From NCBI GenBank assembly GCA_030390025.1, contig CM059431.1, forward strand, positions 155,188,001-155,252,000: DNA of 64,000 bases. The letters are read 5' to 3'. The DNA is from Squalus acanthias. Its lineage: Eukaryota. The notes beneath the pieces are model-generated. The model was not told where the DNA came from, made no database searches, and saw nothing but the letters and a program-made list of their open reading frames with translations. Positions 49,085 to 61,799 of the stretch are shown in pieces (the first letter of the stretch is position 1; every line of letters begins with the position of its first letter). A program made the position numbers and the translations under genes.

Positions 49085-51962
49085 GCCGAGGGGGTGGGGC
49101 TGGGTCGGTGGGTAGACGGGGCTGGGTCGGTGGTGGGACGGGGTTGGTTTGCTGAAAGGGCGGGGCTGGGTCGGTTGGGCGGCGGGGGATTGTTTTCTGA
49201 GGGGGCGGGGCTGGGTCGGTGGGTAGACGGGGCTGGGTCGGTGGTGGGGCGGGGTTGGATTGCTGAAATGGCGGGGTCTGGGTCGTTGGGGGGCCGGGGG
49301 ATTGATTTCTGAGGGGGCGCGGAAGGGTCGGAGGGTAGACGGGGCTGGGTCGGTGGTGGGGCGGGGTTGGATTGCTAAAAAGGGCGGGGCTCGGTCGGTG
49401 GGGAGGCGGGGATTGTTTTCTGAGGGTGCTGGGCTGGGTCGGTTGTTAGAATGATCTGTGTCAGTTTGGGGTGGAGATGTATATCTGTGGTGTCGGAGAT
49501 TGGTGGGGATGGATTGCTGAGGGTTCGGTTGGGGGGTCAGGGGTGAGGTGGGGTTTGCTGATGGATGACTAAGGGGGCGGGGCTGAGTCGGTGTGGGGCA
49601 TGGCTGGGGCGTTGGGGGGTGGGGATTGATTGCTGACGGATCGGGGCTGGGTCGGTGGGTTGTGAGTTTGGGTCGATAGGGGATGGGAATGGATTTCTGA
49701 GGGGGCGTGGTTGGGTCTGTGGGGGAGCGGAGCTCGGTCGGTGGGGCGTGGGCCTGGATTGCTTGGGTCGTGGCTGAGTCGGTGGCTGGAAGGGGTTGGT
49801 CGGTAGGGTCTTGGGATGATTTGCTGTTGGGGAACGTTGGGTTCGGTGAATAGATGGGGCGGCGTCGGTGGGGGCTGGGGATGATTTGTCGAGGGGGCGG
49901 CTCTGGGTCGATGTGGGGGCGGGGATGGGTCGGTGTGGGGGCGGGGATTGGTCGGTGTGGGGGCGGGGATGGGTCGGTCGGGCTTCGGGATGGATTGCTG
50001 TGGGGAAGGGGCTGGGTCGGTGGGTGGACGGTGCTTGGTCGGTGGTGGGGTGGAGATGGGTCGGTGAGGGTGCAGGGATGAGTCGGTGGAGGCTGGGGAT
50101 GATTTGCTGAGGAGGAGGCTCTGGGTCAGTGGGGGGGATGTGATGGATTGCTCTGGGGGCGGGGCTGGGTCAGTGGTGGGTGTGGAGTTTTTGACCGTGG
50201 TTGGTCGGTGTCACTGGTTAGACAGGGCTGGGTCGGAGAGGGTTGGGGATGATTTGCTGAGAGTGCGGGGCTGGGTCGGAGGGGGGTGGTGGAGGATTGC
50301 TGAAGTGACGAGGCTGGGTCGGTGGGGGAGCGGGGCGAGATTGGTGAGCGGGCGTGGCTTGGTCAGTGGATGTTGAGGATGGATTGTTCAGGGGTGGGGC
50401 TCGGTCTGTGGGGGCGGGGCTGTGGCGCTGTGGGGTGCGAATGGATTGCTGAGGGGGCGGGGCTTTGTCGGTGTGGGAGGCGGGGCTGTGTCGGTGGGTG
50501 GTGTGGATGAGTTGCTGACGGGGCGGGGCTGGTACGGTAGGGTGCGGGGCTGGGTCGGGTGCGGTGGGGAGAGTTTGCTCGCGGTGTGTCTGTGTCGGTG
50601 GGGGTCGAGGATTGGTCGGTGAGGGGTGCGAATGGAATCGCTCAAGGGGCAGGGCTGTGTCGTGGAGCAGACGGTGATGGTTCGGTACGGTTTGGGGATG
50701 GATTTCAGAGGGGGCGGTGCTGTGTCGGTGGGTAGACGGGGCTGGGTCGGTGGGTGTTGGTGTTGGATTGCTGGGGGGCGGGGCTGGGTCATTGAGTATG
50801 CGGGGCTGGGTCAATGGGATGTGGGGATCGATTTCTGAAGGGGCGAGGCTGGGTCATTGAGTATGCGGGGCTGGTTCGCTGGTGTGTAGGGATCGGTTGC
50901 TGAGGGGGCGGGGCTGGGTCATTGAGTGTGCAGGGCTGGGTCGGTGGGGTGTGTGGATCGATTTCTGAGGGGGCGGGGATGGGTCATTGAGTATGCGGGG
51001 CTGGGTCAGTGGGGTGTGGGGATCGATTGCTGAGGGTGCGGGGCTGGGTCATTGAGTATGCGTGGCTGGGTCGGTGGGGTGTGTGGATCGATTGCTGAGG
51101 GGGCGGGGCTGGGTCGGTGGTGTGGCGGGGATGTTTCGGGCGGGGGCGGGGATTGATTGCTGAGGTTGCGAGGCTGGTTTGGTTGGTAGACGGGGATGGG
51201 TCGGAGGGAATACTGGACTGGGTCGGTGGTTGTTGGTGTTGGATTGCTGAGGGGGCGGGGCATGTGTCATTGAGTATGCGGGGCTGGGTCAGTGGGCTGT
51301 GGGGATCGATTTCTGAGGGGGCGAAGCTGGGTCATTGATTATTCGGGGCTGGGTCGGTGGGTTGTGGGCATCGATTGCTGAGGGGGCGGGGCTGGGTCGG
51401 TGGTGTGGCGGGGATGTTTTAGGGCGGGGGCGGGGATTGATTGCTGAGGTTGCGGGGCTGGTTTGGTTGATAGACGGGGCTTGGTCGGTGGGAATACTGG
51501 GCTGGGTCACTGGGGGGTGGGATTGATTTGCTGAGGGGTTCGGTGCTGGGTCGGTGGTTAGACGGTTCTGGTCGCTGGGGTTTGGGGATGATTTGATGAG
51601 GGTGCAGAGCTGAGTGGGTTGGTTAGCTGGGTCGGTTGGAGGTGGGGATGTATTGCTGATGGGCGGGGCTAGTTCGCTGGGTAGACGGGGCTGGGTCGGT
51701 GGTGTTGAGGAAGGTTCACTGGAGTGGCAGAGTGATTCTGTTTCAGTGGTTTGTGGGGTATTGAACAGTGGTGTGCGGTGCTGGGTCAGGGGGTGTAGGT
51801 CCTGGTCAGTGGGGTGTGGGGTGGGTCAGTGGGGTGTGGGGCTGGGTCAGTGGGGTTTGGAGTGTTCAGTGGGGTGTGGGGCTGGGTCAGTGGGGCTTCG
51901 ATGTTTGGCTGTGTCAGTGGGATGGATGAACAAAAGCACTTGAACTACACAGGGTCAGTGGG
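49085..51962 (+). repeat. G-rich degenerate minisatellite, about 2.9 kb
   Basis: Repeats of gattgctgagggggcggggctgggtcggtgg; the right end grades into gggctgggtcagtggggtgt. Confidence 0.92.
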
Positions 51963-52404
51963 TGGGCAAGCTCGAGGTTACCGAACCTCACTGCAAAGAA
52001 AAGATGTATTTGAGGATAAGCTAGTTAAGCAAGAGGAAGAAAGGAATTGGAAGATTCTGCTGATAGGGTTAGATAAACAGGGACGGGAGGAGGTTCAGGT
52101 GGAGTATAAACACATGGCATGAACCAGTTGAGACGAATGGACTGTTTCTGAGCTGTACATTCTATGCAATTCTCTGTATTAAAAAAGGGAAGTGACGGCG
52201 CTGCATTTTCTGAAGCAGTTTTGTAAAAGGAGAATTACGGAAGCTTTGCTATAATTCTGTAACCTGCAACACACAAACCCCTCCGCTTCAAATGGGAGAT
52301 TCCAGTTGCCCAGCCAGAACACGTGGAATGTTTTGTCAAAGTAAAATTAGTTTAACAATGCCTGTACCATTAAACGCCAAATGAGACATGTGTATTTCAG
52401 AGTA

Positions 52405-53500
52405 TCCTGGGCAATTTGGCACATTGGATCCAAAATTGGCTTCGTGGCTGGAGTCAGAGCGTGATGGTCGAATGTTGTTTTTGTGACTGGAAGCCTGTGT
52501 CCAGTAGTGTACTGCAGGGATCGGTGCTGGGTCTCTTGCTGTTTGTAGTTTACATTATTGATTTAGATCTGAATGTAGGAGGTATGATCAGTAAGTTTGC
52601 AGATGACACGAAAATTGGTGGGGTGGTAAATAGCGAGGAGGGAAGGCTCAGGCTACAGGACACTATAGACGGGTTGATCAGATGGGCAGAACAGTGGCAA
52701 ATGGAACTTAACCCTGAAAAGAGTGAGGTGATGAATTTTGGGAGGACTAACAAGGCAAGGGAATACACAATGAATGGTAGGACCCGAGGAAGGACAGAGG
52801 ATCAGAGGGACCTTGGTGTGCATGTACATAGATCCCTGAAGGCAGCACGACAGGTTGATAAGGTGGTTAAAAAGGCATATGGGATACTTGCCTTCATTAG
52901 CCGAGGCATAGAATTTAAGAGCAGGGAGGTTATGATGGAGCTGTGCAAAACGCTAGTTAGGCCACAGCTGGAATACTGTGTGCAGTTCTGTTCGCTACAC
53001 TATAGGAAGGATGTGATTGCATTGGAGAGGCTGCAGAGGAGACTTACCAGGATGTTACCTGGGCTGAAGCGCTTCAGCTAGAAACTGGACAGGCTGCGGT
53101 TGTTTTCCTTAGAGCAGATATGACTGAGGGGAGACCTGATTGAGGTGCACAAAATTATGAGGGGCATAGATAGGGTACATTGAAAGGAACATTTCCCCTT
53201 AGTAGAGTGGTCAATAACCAGGGGGCATAGTTTCAAAGTAAGGGGCAGGAGGTTTAGAGGGGATTTGAGGAAAAACATTTTCACCCAGAGTTTGGTTGGA
53301 ATCTGGAACACACTGTTTGAAAGGGTGGCAGAGGGAGGAACCCTCACAACATTCAAGAAACATTTAGATGAGCACCTGAAACGCCATAGCTTAAAAGGCT
53401 ACGGACCAAGTGCTGGAAAATGGGATTCAAATAGACAGGGCATGATGGCCGCGCGGTCCCGAAGGGCCTCTTTCTGTGCTGTATAACTCTATGACTCTGT
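52405..53500 (+). mobile_element. CR1 LINE 3' portion
   Basis: ORF 52416..53081 (FADDTKIGG); tail actctatgactct. Confidence 0.9.
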
Positions 53501-53519
53501 GAGAGAGTTTGATCCAAGG

Positions 53520-54940
53520 GATGCACACAGTTTACCCCGTGGCTGAAGAGTTAGACATGTGTATCTCCATCTCCAGCCTCCCTTTCCCCTCAATGTTTTG
53601 TCGCCTCACGAATCTCTGCCCATCTTTCTCAGAACTTCATATTTGAATCTCTACAATCGGGTTTCTGCTCCTGACACAGCATTGAAATGACAATAATAAA
53701 AGTCAGAAATGAAACGTTCTATGCCTGCGAAAGTGGTAAATTATCCCCCCTCATTTTCCTTGACCTCTGCAGCCTTTACACGGTCCAGCACAACATCCTC
53801 CACCGCCTCTCCTCCGTTGTCCAGCTCAGTTGGACTGCCCCTGCTTGGGTCCACTTTTAACCATCCAGTCGTACCCAGAGAATTTTCATAAAGGGCTTCA
53901 CTTCCCTCTGCCGCACTGTTACCCTGGAGCCTCCCGTAGATCCACTCTCTCCCCCTCCTATTTCTCATCTGCATGCTGCCCATTGGAGACATTATCCGAA
54001 GACAAGTGATCAGCTTTCACATGTACGCCAACACTTATCCGCTCCGCCTCTCCACCACCTCTCCCGCCCCCTCCACTGACTCTGCTTTCTCACGCTGCTT
54101 GTCCGACAGCCAGTCTGAGATATGCTACTCGTTTCTCCAAATAAACATTGGTAAGACCGAAGACATGGTCTTCGACCACCGCCACAAATTGTCTTCCCTT
54201 GTGGTGATTCCGTCCCCGTCCAAGCCAGTGTCTCGGATTGAACCAGAAAGTTTACAACCTCAGCGTTCTATATGACGATAAGCTGAGCTTCCGACCCGAT
54301 ATTCTCTCCATCACAAACACCTCCTGCTTCCACCTCCGTAACATCACCCATCTTTATCCCTGCTTCAGTCCATCTGCTGCTGAAATCCTCATCCTTGCTT
54401 TGATCACCTGTAGACTCGATATTTCTAGTGCTCTCCGGGTCGGCTTTGTCATTTCACTCTCGGTAAACTTGGGTGTATCCAAAATGCTGCTCAACGATCA
54501 CCCCTGTCCTTCCTAACCTACATTGGCTCCCGGTCCCCCAGCACCTCCAAATTAACATTCGCATCCTCGTTTAAATCCCTTCATGGTCCTTTTACTTCCT
54601 GTCTCTGTCACATCCGTCAGCCGTACAAGACCCCACCACCAAGGTCTCTCTATTCCTCCGGCTCTGGGCGCGAGTGCATTTCTCCATCTCCTCAGTCCAT
54701 CTATGGCGACTGTGTCATCGGCTGTCCGGGTTCTCTTATCTGAAATCCCCCACCTAACGCTCTCCAGCTTCTTCCACTCCTACTAAGATGCTCCTAAACC
54801 CGATTTATTTTACCAAAATTTTGGACCACTCCACCTTCTAGCTCCTTTCTTCAGCACCCATATTTTATCTGATTCGGCTCCTGTGAAGCACCTTGGGATG
54901 TTTGTCGATGTTTAAAGCGCTGTGTAAAGGCAAGTTATTT
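53520..54940 (+). mobile_element. Old L2-type LINE
   Basis: MLPIGDIIRRQVISFHMYA, LQINIGKTE, CFHLRNI, and an L2 3' UTR. Confidence 0.78.
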
Positions 54941-57660
54941 TTGTGACTTATGTGTTTATTATACTAGTTATGAAAAATCAGAAAAATGAATATTATAAGA
55001 TTTCAAAATTATTTCTCAATTAATTCCGGAAAATAACTTCAACTATAGTTTCGAGAAATTACTGAGCCGAGACTGAAACTACATTTCCGCAGTTGGGAAA
55101 GGATAGGACGCGGCTAATAGTTTTATTGTACATACGTGTGTGGGCGCACACACACATCGAGATACGCGCACAAGTGAAGAATTGTGATTGTGAAATAGCA
55201 GTCAAATCTACCACTTGTATATTTATGGCCAAATCTGAGATTGTCAGACCCCTAAATATATTCCAGAAATCAATGTTGTGCATCGCCTCACAGTTTAAAG
55301 TTACATGATTATTAACATTATTCATTAATGTTAATATTAGTGGATCAGCGGTAAACGTCCTCAACGTCCTACAGTGCTCATCAGTCAGGTGCTGACACCA
55401 TGAGAGATATGGTCAATATATTCAAATAGAAGCAACAACCAGGGCACATCTCCATGAACACATGGACAATGTCACAGCCCATAGAGATAGAAGACATCAC
55501 ACCCAGCTGTATATTGTGTGTGGAGATATATCATACTCATAAGCTAGCAGAATTTAATGTCAAAGTTCAGCAAATCCGAATTATTAAACAAAATCTGTGA
55601 ATAAATATATTATACCACCAGACTGTAAAACCGTGTGAAGGATCATTTAATTCATCAATGATCACCCGCTCCATATTTCCCAGCTGAATTTTCTCCACCT
55701 CAGAAATAAGGCTGGTTTTCGCCTGCACTGTGTGAGTAAATCTCACCAATGGGCACTCCCAGTGCGGAGTCCTGGCCGACGGCAGCCTATCTGGAACTCC
55801 GTGGTGGAGATCAACAACACCAACGTGTATTTATATAGCGCTTCTAACGTAGTAAAGCGTCCCAACGCGCTTCACAGGAGTATTATATGACAAACAATTG
55901 ACACCAAACCACATGAGGACAAATTAGGGCAGATGACTAAAAGCTTGGTCAAAGAGGAAGGTTTCAAGGAGCGAGGAAGGGTTTAAGGAAGTTAATGGAG
56001 GGAATTCCAGAGCTTAGGGCCTAGGGAAGAGAAGGCAGCGCCAGCTGTGGTTGAGCGAATATATTCAGGGATGCTCAAGAGGGCAGTATTATCGGAGCGT
56101 ATTTATCTCGGAGGTGGGGGTGTGGTGGGGGGCATTTCTTTAATCGTTAATGGGATGTGGGCGTCGCTGGCAAGGACAGAATTTATTGGCCATCCCTAAT
56201 TGACCTTGAGAAGTTGATGATGAGTTGCCTTCTTGAAACGCTGCTGTCGGTGGTGTGGCGAAGGTACTCGCACAGAACTGTTAGGTAGGGAGTTCCAGGA
56301 TTTTGACCCAGCGACGATGAACGAACGGCAATATGTTTCTAAGTTAGGATGGTGTGTGACTTGGAGAGGAACTTGGAGGCAATGGTGTTCCCATGCGCTT
56401 GCAACCCTTGTCCTTCTAGATGGCAGAGGTCGTGGGTTTGGGAGGTGCTGCCGAAGAATTATTGGCGAGTTCCTGCAGTGCATTTTGTAGATGGTACAGA
56501 CTGCAGCCACGGTACGACGGTGGAGGAGGGAGTGAATGTTTAAGTTGATGGATGGGCTGCCAATCAAGCGGGCAACTTTGTCCTGGATTGTGTCGAGCTT
56601 CTTGGGTGTAGTTGGAGCTGCACTCATCCAGGGAAATGGAGAGTATTACATAACAATCCTTACCTGTTCCTTGTAGATGGTGGAAAGGATTTGGGGAGTC
56701 AGGAGGCGATACACTCGCCTTAGAGTACCTAGCCTCTAACCTGCTTTTATTGCCACAATATTTATGTGGCTGGTCCAGTTAAGTTTCTGGTCAATTGTGA
56801 TCCCAGGATGTTGATGGTGGGGGATTCGGCGATGGTAATGTCGTTGAATGTCAATGGAGGTGGTTCGACTCTGGCTTGTTGGAGATAGTCATTGCCTGGC
56901 ACTTCTGTGGAGCGAACCTGCCACTTATCAGCTCAGGTCTTGTTGCATGCTAGCCTGGACAACTTCATTACCTGAGGAGTTGTGAATGGCGCTGATCATG
57001 GTACATTCATCAGCGAATATACCCATTTCTGACTTTATGTTGGAGTGAAGTTCATTGATGAAGCAGCTGAGAATGGTTGGTCCTCGGTCTCTGCCCTGAG
57101 TAACTCCTGCAGCGATGTCGTGGGGCTGTGATGATTGACCTTCAAATACCACAACCATCTTCCTTTGTGCTTGGTATGTCTCCAACCAGTGGAGTGTTTT
57201 CCCCCCGATTCCCATTGACTTCAGTTTGAGTAAGTGTCCTTGATGCCACACTCGGTCAAATACTGCCTTGATGTGAAGGGCAGTCATTCTCACCTCACCT
57301 CTGGAATTTAGCTCATTTTTCCATGTTTGGACAAAGGCTATAATGAGATTGGGAGGCGAGTGGTCTTTGCGGAACGCAAACTGGGCATCAGTGAGCAGGT
57401 TATTGGTGATTAAGTGCTGCTTGATAGCACGGTAGAAGATGCCTAGCTGACTGCTCATGATTGACAGTAGACTGATGGGGCAGTAATTGGCAAGTTTGAT
57501 TTGTCCTGCTTTTTGTGGACAGGACACACTTGCGCAGTTTTCCAGTCGTACAGATGCCAGTGTTGTAGCTGTACTGGAACAGTTTACCTGGAGGCATGGC
57601 TAGTTCTGGAGCACAAGTCTTCAGCACGATAGCTGGGATGTTGTCGGGGCCTGTTGCCTT
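54921..57660 (+). repeat. Segmental duplication block X, copy 2 (includes a minus-strand CR1/Crack-like LINE at about 56140-57660)
   Basis: Colinear with 29573-32335. Confidence 0.9.
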
Positions 57661-57669
57661 TGCTGAAAG

Positions 57670-60110
57670 CGATTGGAGGTAGGGAGGTGCAAAGCTATCT
57701 AGGGAATTGAAAACAAGGTTGAGAATTTTGAAATCGAGGCGTTTTTTTTACCGGGAGCCAATGTAGGTCAGCGAGGACAGGGGTGATGGGTGAACATTAA
57801 TGTTGCGACTTTGGACACAAGCACCCGAGATTTGGATGATGTGAAGTTTACTTAGGATAGAACGTGAGAGACCTGCCAGGAGTGCGTTGGAATATTCAAG
57901 TCTAGAGGTACCAAGGCATGGATGAAGGTTTCAGCAGCAGATGAGCTGAGGGAGGGGTGAAGGTGGGTGATGTTATGGGGGTGGAAATAGGCGGTCTTTG
58001 TTATGCCGCGGATATGTGGTCGGAAACTCATTTCAGGATCAAATATGACACCAAGGTTGCGAACAGTGAGGTATGGGCTCACAGATGTTAGGGAGAGGGA
58101 TGGAGTTGGCAGGGATCAAAAACAATGTCTTCCCAATATTTAACTGGAGAAAATTGGATGTCGGTCAAGCAGTCTGACAATTTAGAGTTAGTGGAGGGTT
58201 CGAGAGAAGAGGGGTGAGGTAGAGCTGGGTATCGTCAGCGTACATTTGCAAGGATGGAGGAGTCGAGGGTTGTTTGTTTTGTGGTGGAGGGGCGGTGATG
58301 ACGGCAGATTGGAAGGAGAGGGGGACAGTACCCGAGGAGAGAGAACCGTTAACAATGTCAGCTTACAAAAGGAGCCAGAAAAGGAAGTTGGGTGATCAGC
58401 AGTTTGGTGGGAATAGGGTCGAGGGAGCAGGAAGTGAGTCTCATGGACAAGATGAGCGCGAAGAGGTCAGGTGGAGAGATCGGAGAGAAGCTGGAGAAAG
58501 TTGCGATTTCAGGGCTATGGCAGGGGGAGCCAAAAGGGAAGGTTTGGCCTGGTGGGCTAGGGAAAGGAAGAGAAGTGGCTGAGGCCACTGATTGCATGCT
58601 CTCAATCTTAGAGTAAAGAAGTTCCTGAGCTCCTCGCACTTGTTGTTGGAGGTGAGGAATGAGGAGACGTGGAAAGGGGCTTAAGAAGTTGGTTCGCAAT
58701 GGAGAATAGAAGCCAGGGTTTAGCTTTGCATTCCAGAATTATTCTGAAATAGTGAGAAATTTTGGCAGAAGAGAGCTGGACCCGATAATGCTTTATCTGG
58801 TTCAGCCAGATCTGGCAGCGAATGACTTAAACAGTTTTCCACCATATCCTTTCAAGTCTGCATCGCTTGGACTCAAGGAAGTGAAGATGAGTGCCGGACC
58901 AGTTTAAACAGCCAGGGTGAGACTACGGCATCGAAGGTGGTGGTGAGTGTATGGTAGAGCAGATTGGTAGGAGCAAAAATGTTGTGGTGGATGGAGTCCA
59001 AGGGCTGGATAGTTGGGATTTCGTAAGTCCATTTGTAAGAGAGTTGGGAGAGAGTTTTTTTTCCTGGGGCAGCATCAGAATGAAGTAGTCTTTGGGGTGA
59101 AGGGGATGTAGATGTAGAGCGATGGAACGAAATGGTCAGAGATCGCTTTACTAGCGATTGACACGATGGGAGTAGCGAGGCCACGGGAGATGGCAAGGTG
59201 GAGGCTGTGTACATGATTATGGTTTGGGGAGTTTACTTGGAGTTAGAGATTAAGGGCAGATAGGAGGACAGTGAATTCAGAGCAGAGAGAGCATGATGAA
59301 TTGCGAGGGAGGTTGAAATCACCGAGGATGAGAAGTCGCTCGGTGCAATTGCTGAGGGAAGAAAGCAGTGACGCTATCTCGGTGAGAAATTATAATGGTA
59401 CTTGGGTGGGCGGGAGAGAACGAGAACTTTAAATGAGCAGTGAGAGATGTGGAATAAGGTGAGATGCTCAAAAGGAGAAAGAACGTGATGGAGGAGTAGG
59501 GTAACAGATCAAGGCGTGATTTGCTGATGAGAACCACACTGTCGCCATCGCAGTCTGGGCATGTCAAGTGGTGAAAGGTATAGCCAGGCGGGGAGGCTTC
59601 ACTTAAGGGTAAGGCTTCTACACGCCTCATCCAATTTTCCATCAGGGCCATGATGTCGATGCTCTCAATCACGATAAGCTCATGGTTGGAAAGGATCTGG
59701 TTCGCAAGAGAATGACCCTGACGGAGGAAAATGGGGAGAGGTTCGGTGATGTCTAACCAACCGCCAGTGTCCACAGTCTCAGCGCTGGGAGGAGGGAGTT
59801 GGACGGGAAGGAGATTGAGAAGATTAGACCCCAGCGGGAGTTCTGGGCGGGAAGTTCGGGGGAAGAGTTGCATAATACAGTTGTCGTTGCTGCTCGTGAG
59901 GAGGCAGCAACGAGTGCCACGGTGGGCCTTTCGGAGGATGTCAAGAGAGGCACAGAGGGAAGCTGTAGACTTATCTAAGATGGACGGCAGCAGGAGAGTA
60001 GGAAGGTCGAAGAGCAATGAATTGTTGGTGCAGGAATTTGGGAGTGCAGTGCATCTGAGATAGGAGAAATGAAAGGAGGAATAATGACAGGAGAGAAGGA
60101 AGGAATGAGT
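57670..60110 (-). mobile_element. L2-type LINE including the endonuclease region, with deletions
   Basis: DIMALMENW...EASPPGYTFHH (APE), SCSLDPIPTKLL, TVRNLGVIFD. Confidence 0.85.
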
Positions 60111-60926
60111 TTGCATTTACTGTCTGCTTTCTTTAAATATCTGTGCATTATTAATTAGCTCTTTCGGCAATCGATCGAGAGTTACAACTATTTCTAATTG
60201 CTCAGCAGCATCTGGTGATTCCAAGCAATAAATGTCGACCTGGATTCTCAGATCACCGACTGCAACCATCATATGTTCATTTTCTGGATATATGTTAACA
60301 TATGAATATTTGCTCGTGATTTATCCACGTTTTTGAGAGGTTTAGACTCGATTCCTTAAACGACATTTGTGCACTGCCAGATGGAAACTCCAGAGCTCGA
60401 CTGCTTCAATTCATTAGTTCAACCACATTTCCACTTATCCTTAATCCCCTTCGTCAGTGATCGACATTCACTTGTTATCCCAGACAATTTGTGAAAGACT
60501 CCTGCTCATCTACAATTCCGTTTGCGGTCTCGAGCGTCTTAGCTCTACAGTCATCTTCAAAAACCTTCTTTTATTTCTTGTCCATCCTCTCCCTTTGCTG
60601 TGGTCCCCAGATTATTGGTTCCTCTGCTCCGGACTCCAACAAAGTAGTTAGCACCACTGCCTGGAATCCGTTGCTATGGGCTTCCAATCTTTACTTCCTA
60701 CTTTCTTTAAACAACCTCCACATGTTGCAAGTACTAGATCGTTTCTCTTAACACTACGAAAATGAGGCAGCTTTAACTCTAAATTCCTGCTCTGTGCGGC
60801 GCCATTGGCCGTCTCACTGTTTGAAAGGCTCTAAAGAAAAGCTGCTGCTCTAAAAGTTAGTTTAAATTATTCATTGCTTCAAAGCAAATATTGTATTTTA
60901 ACCTGTTCTGATTTACACTTTTACAG

Positions 60927-61096
60927 AAAAATCAGATACTAACATGTTACTAATGTTGGCGAGCAACACGGATATCCAGCTTGGAAGAATTATCGGCTGC
61001 TACCGTCAGAGTCTAGAATCGTCAATTGAAGAATTCGTGGAAGCTGTTAGTCAGTCGCTCTTAGATGCAAAAGTCTTTACTGAAACAATTCATAAG
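60927..61096 (+). CDS. Candidate second coding exon of the NLR-like gene: first half of an N-terminal death-fold/CARD-like domain
   Basis: Strong acceptor ctgatttacacttttacag|, phase 1 in, phase 0 out at AAG|gtatgc, 170 nt with no stop: (E)KSDTNMLLMLASNTDIQLGRIIGCYRQSLESSIEEFVEAVSQSLLDAKVFTETIHK. Resembles the shark NLR N-terminal pattern as I recall it (D.QL....FYR.RLE.AIEE.V..VS..L....F....H). Confidence 0.7.
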
Positions 61097-61199
61097 GTAT
61101 GCTACATATATGTTGGAATTGCCGAAATGTCCTCCTAAAATTTCGTCGGGTTGGTGGTAGATTATTCAAGTCGGTCTGGAACGGCATGTCTTTGCTGGT

Positions 61200-61720
61200 G
61201 TAACGGTTGTATTCTCTGGCGACTGTATATTCCCCGCGGAGGTGTGATGGCGCGAGGACTTGATAGCCATGGGGTTGATGGTAACAGCCTTCTCACGACC
61301 CACCATTTTACGTGCTCTTAGGTTACAGCTAATGTCGTCTCAAAGGTCACAGAAGTTGTCGTTTTTAATGCATTAAAGAATAAGAGAACAGCAGCTCATG
61401 GTATAGCCATGAGTTCATCGTGGAAGAATCCTCGACACAAATATCGTCAGCTGCTTCATCAATTATATTTTTACTGTCATACGATCAGAAATTGGGCTGT
61501 ACTCTAATGATTGCAGTGTTCAATTCCATTCCCAATTCCTCAGGTAACTAAACAGTCCATGCACGTATGCAACAAGATCTGGTCAACATGCCAGGTTTGG
61601 TGGATAATTAGCAAGTAACATTTGTGCCACATAAGTGACAGGCAAAAACCATCTGCAGAAAGAGACTCTCTAATCAACTGATAATTCACTGGAAAACGTC
61701 TTGCAGTTAAGCTATTTACC
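61200..61720 (+). mobile_element. Very old CR1/Crack-like RT remnant
   Basis: SCFINYIFTVIRSEIGLYSNDC and atgcaacaagatctggtcaac match the family at 30805-32335. Confidence 0.7.
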
Positions 61721-61799
61721 TTGGCCGTATTTCTGAAGGGATTCGGGTTACTGCTGTTACTGTAATCGGACCTAAATGGCATGCTATCCAAGGAGCAAT

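Noticed and set aside
49094..51943. Many Gly/Trp-rich and Pro-rich ORFs (also at 36058-37104)
   Set aside because: By-products of G-rich minisatellites, which lack stop codons.
61322..61507. Apparent third NLR exon (ctcttag|VTANVVSKVTEV...)
   Set aside because: The DNA aligns with a decayed CR1/Crack-like RT (SCFIN...IRSEIG), and the frame ends in a stop with no donor.
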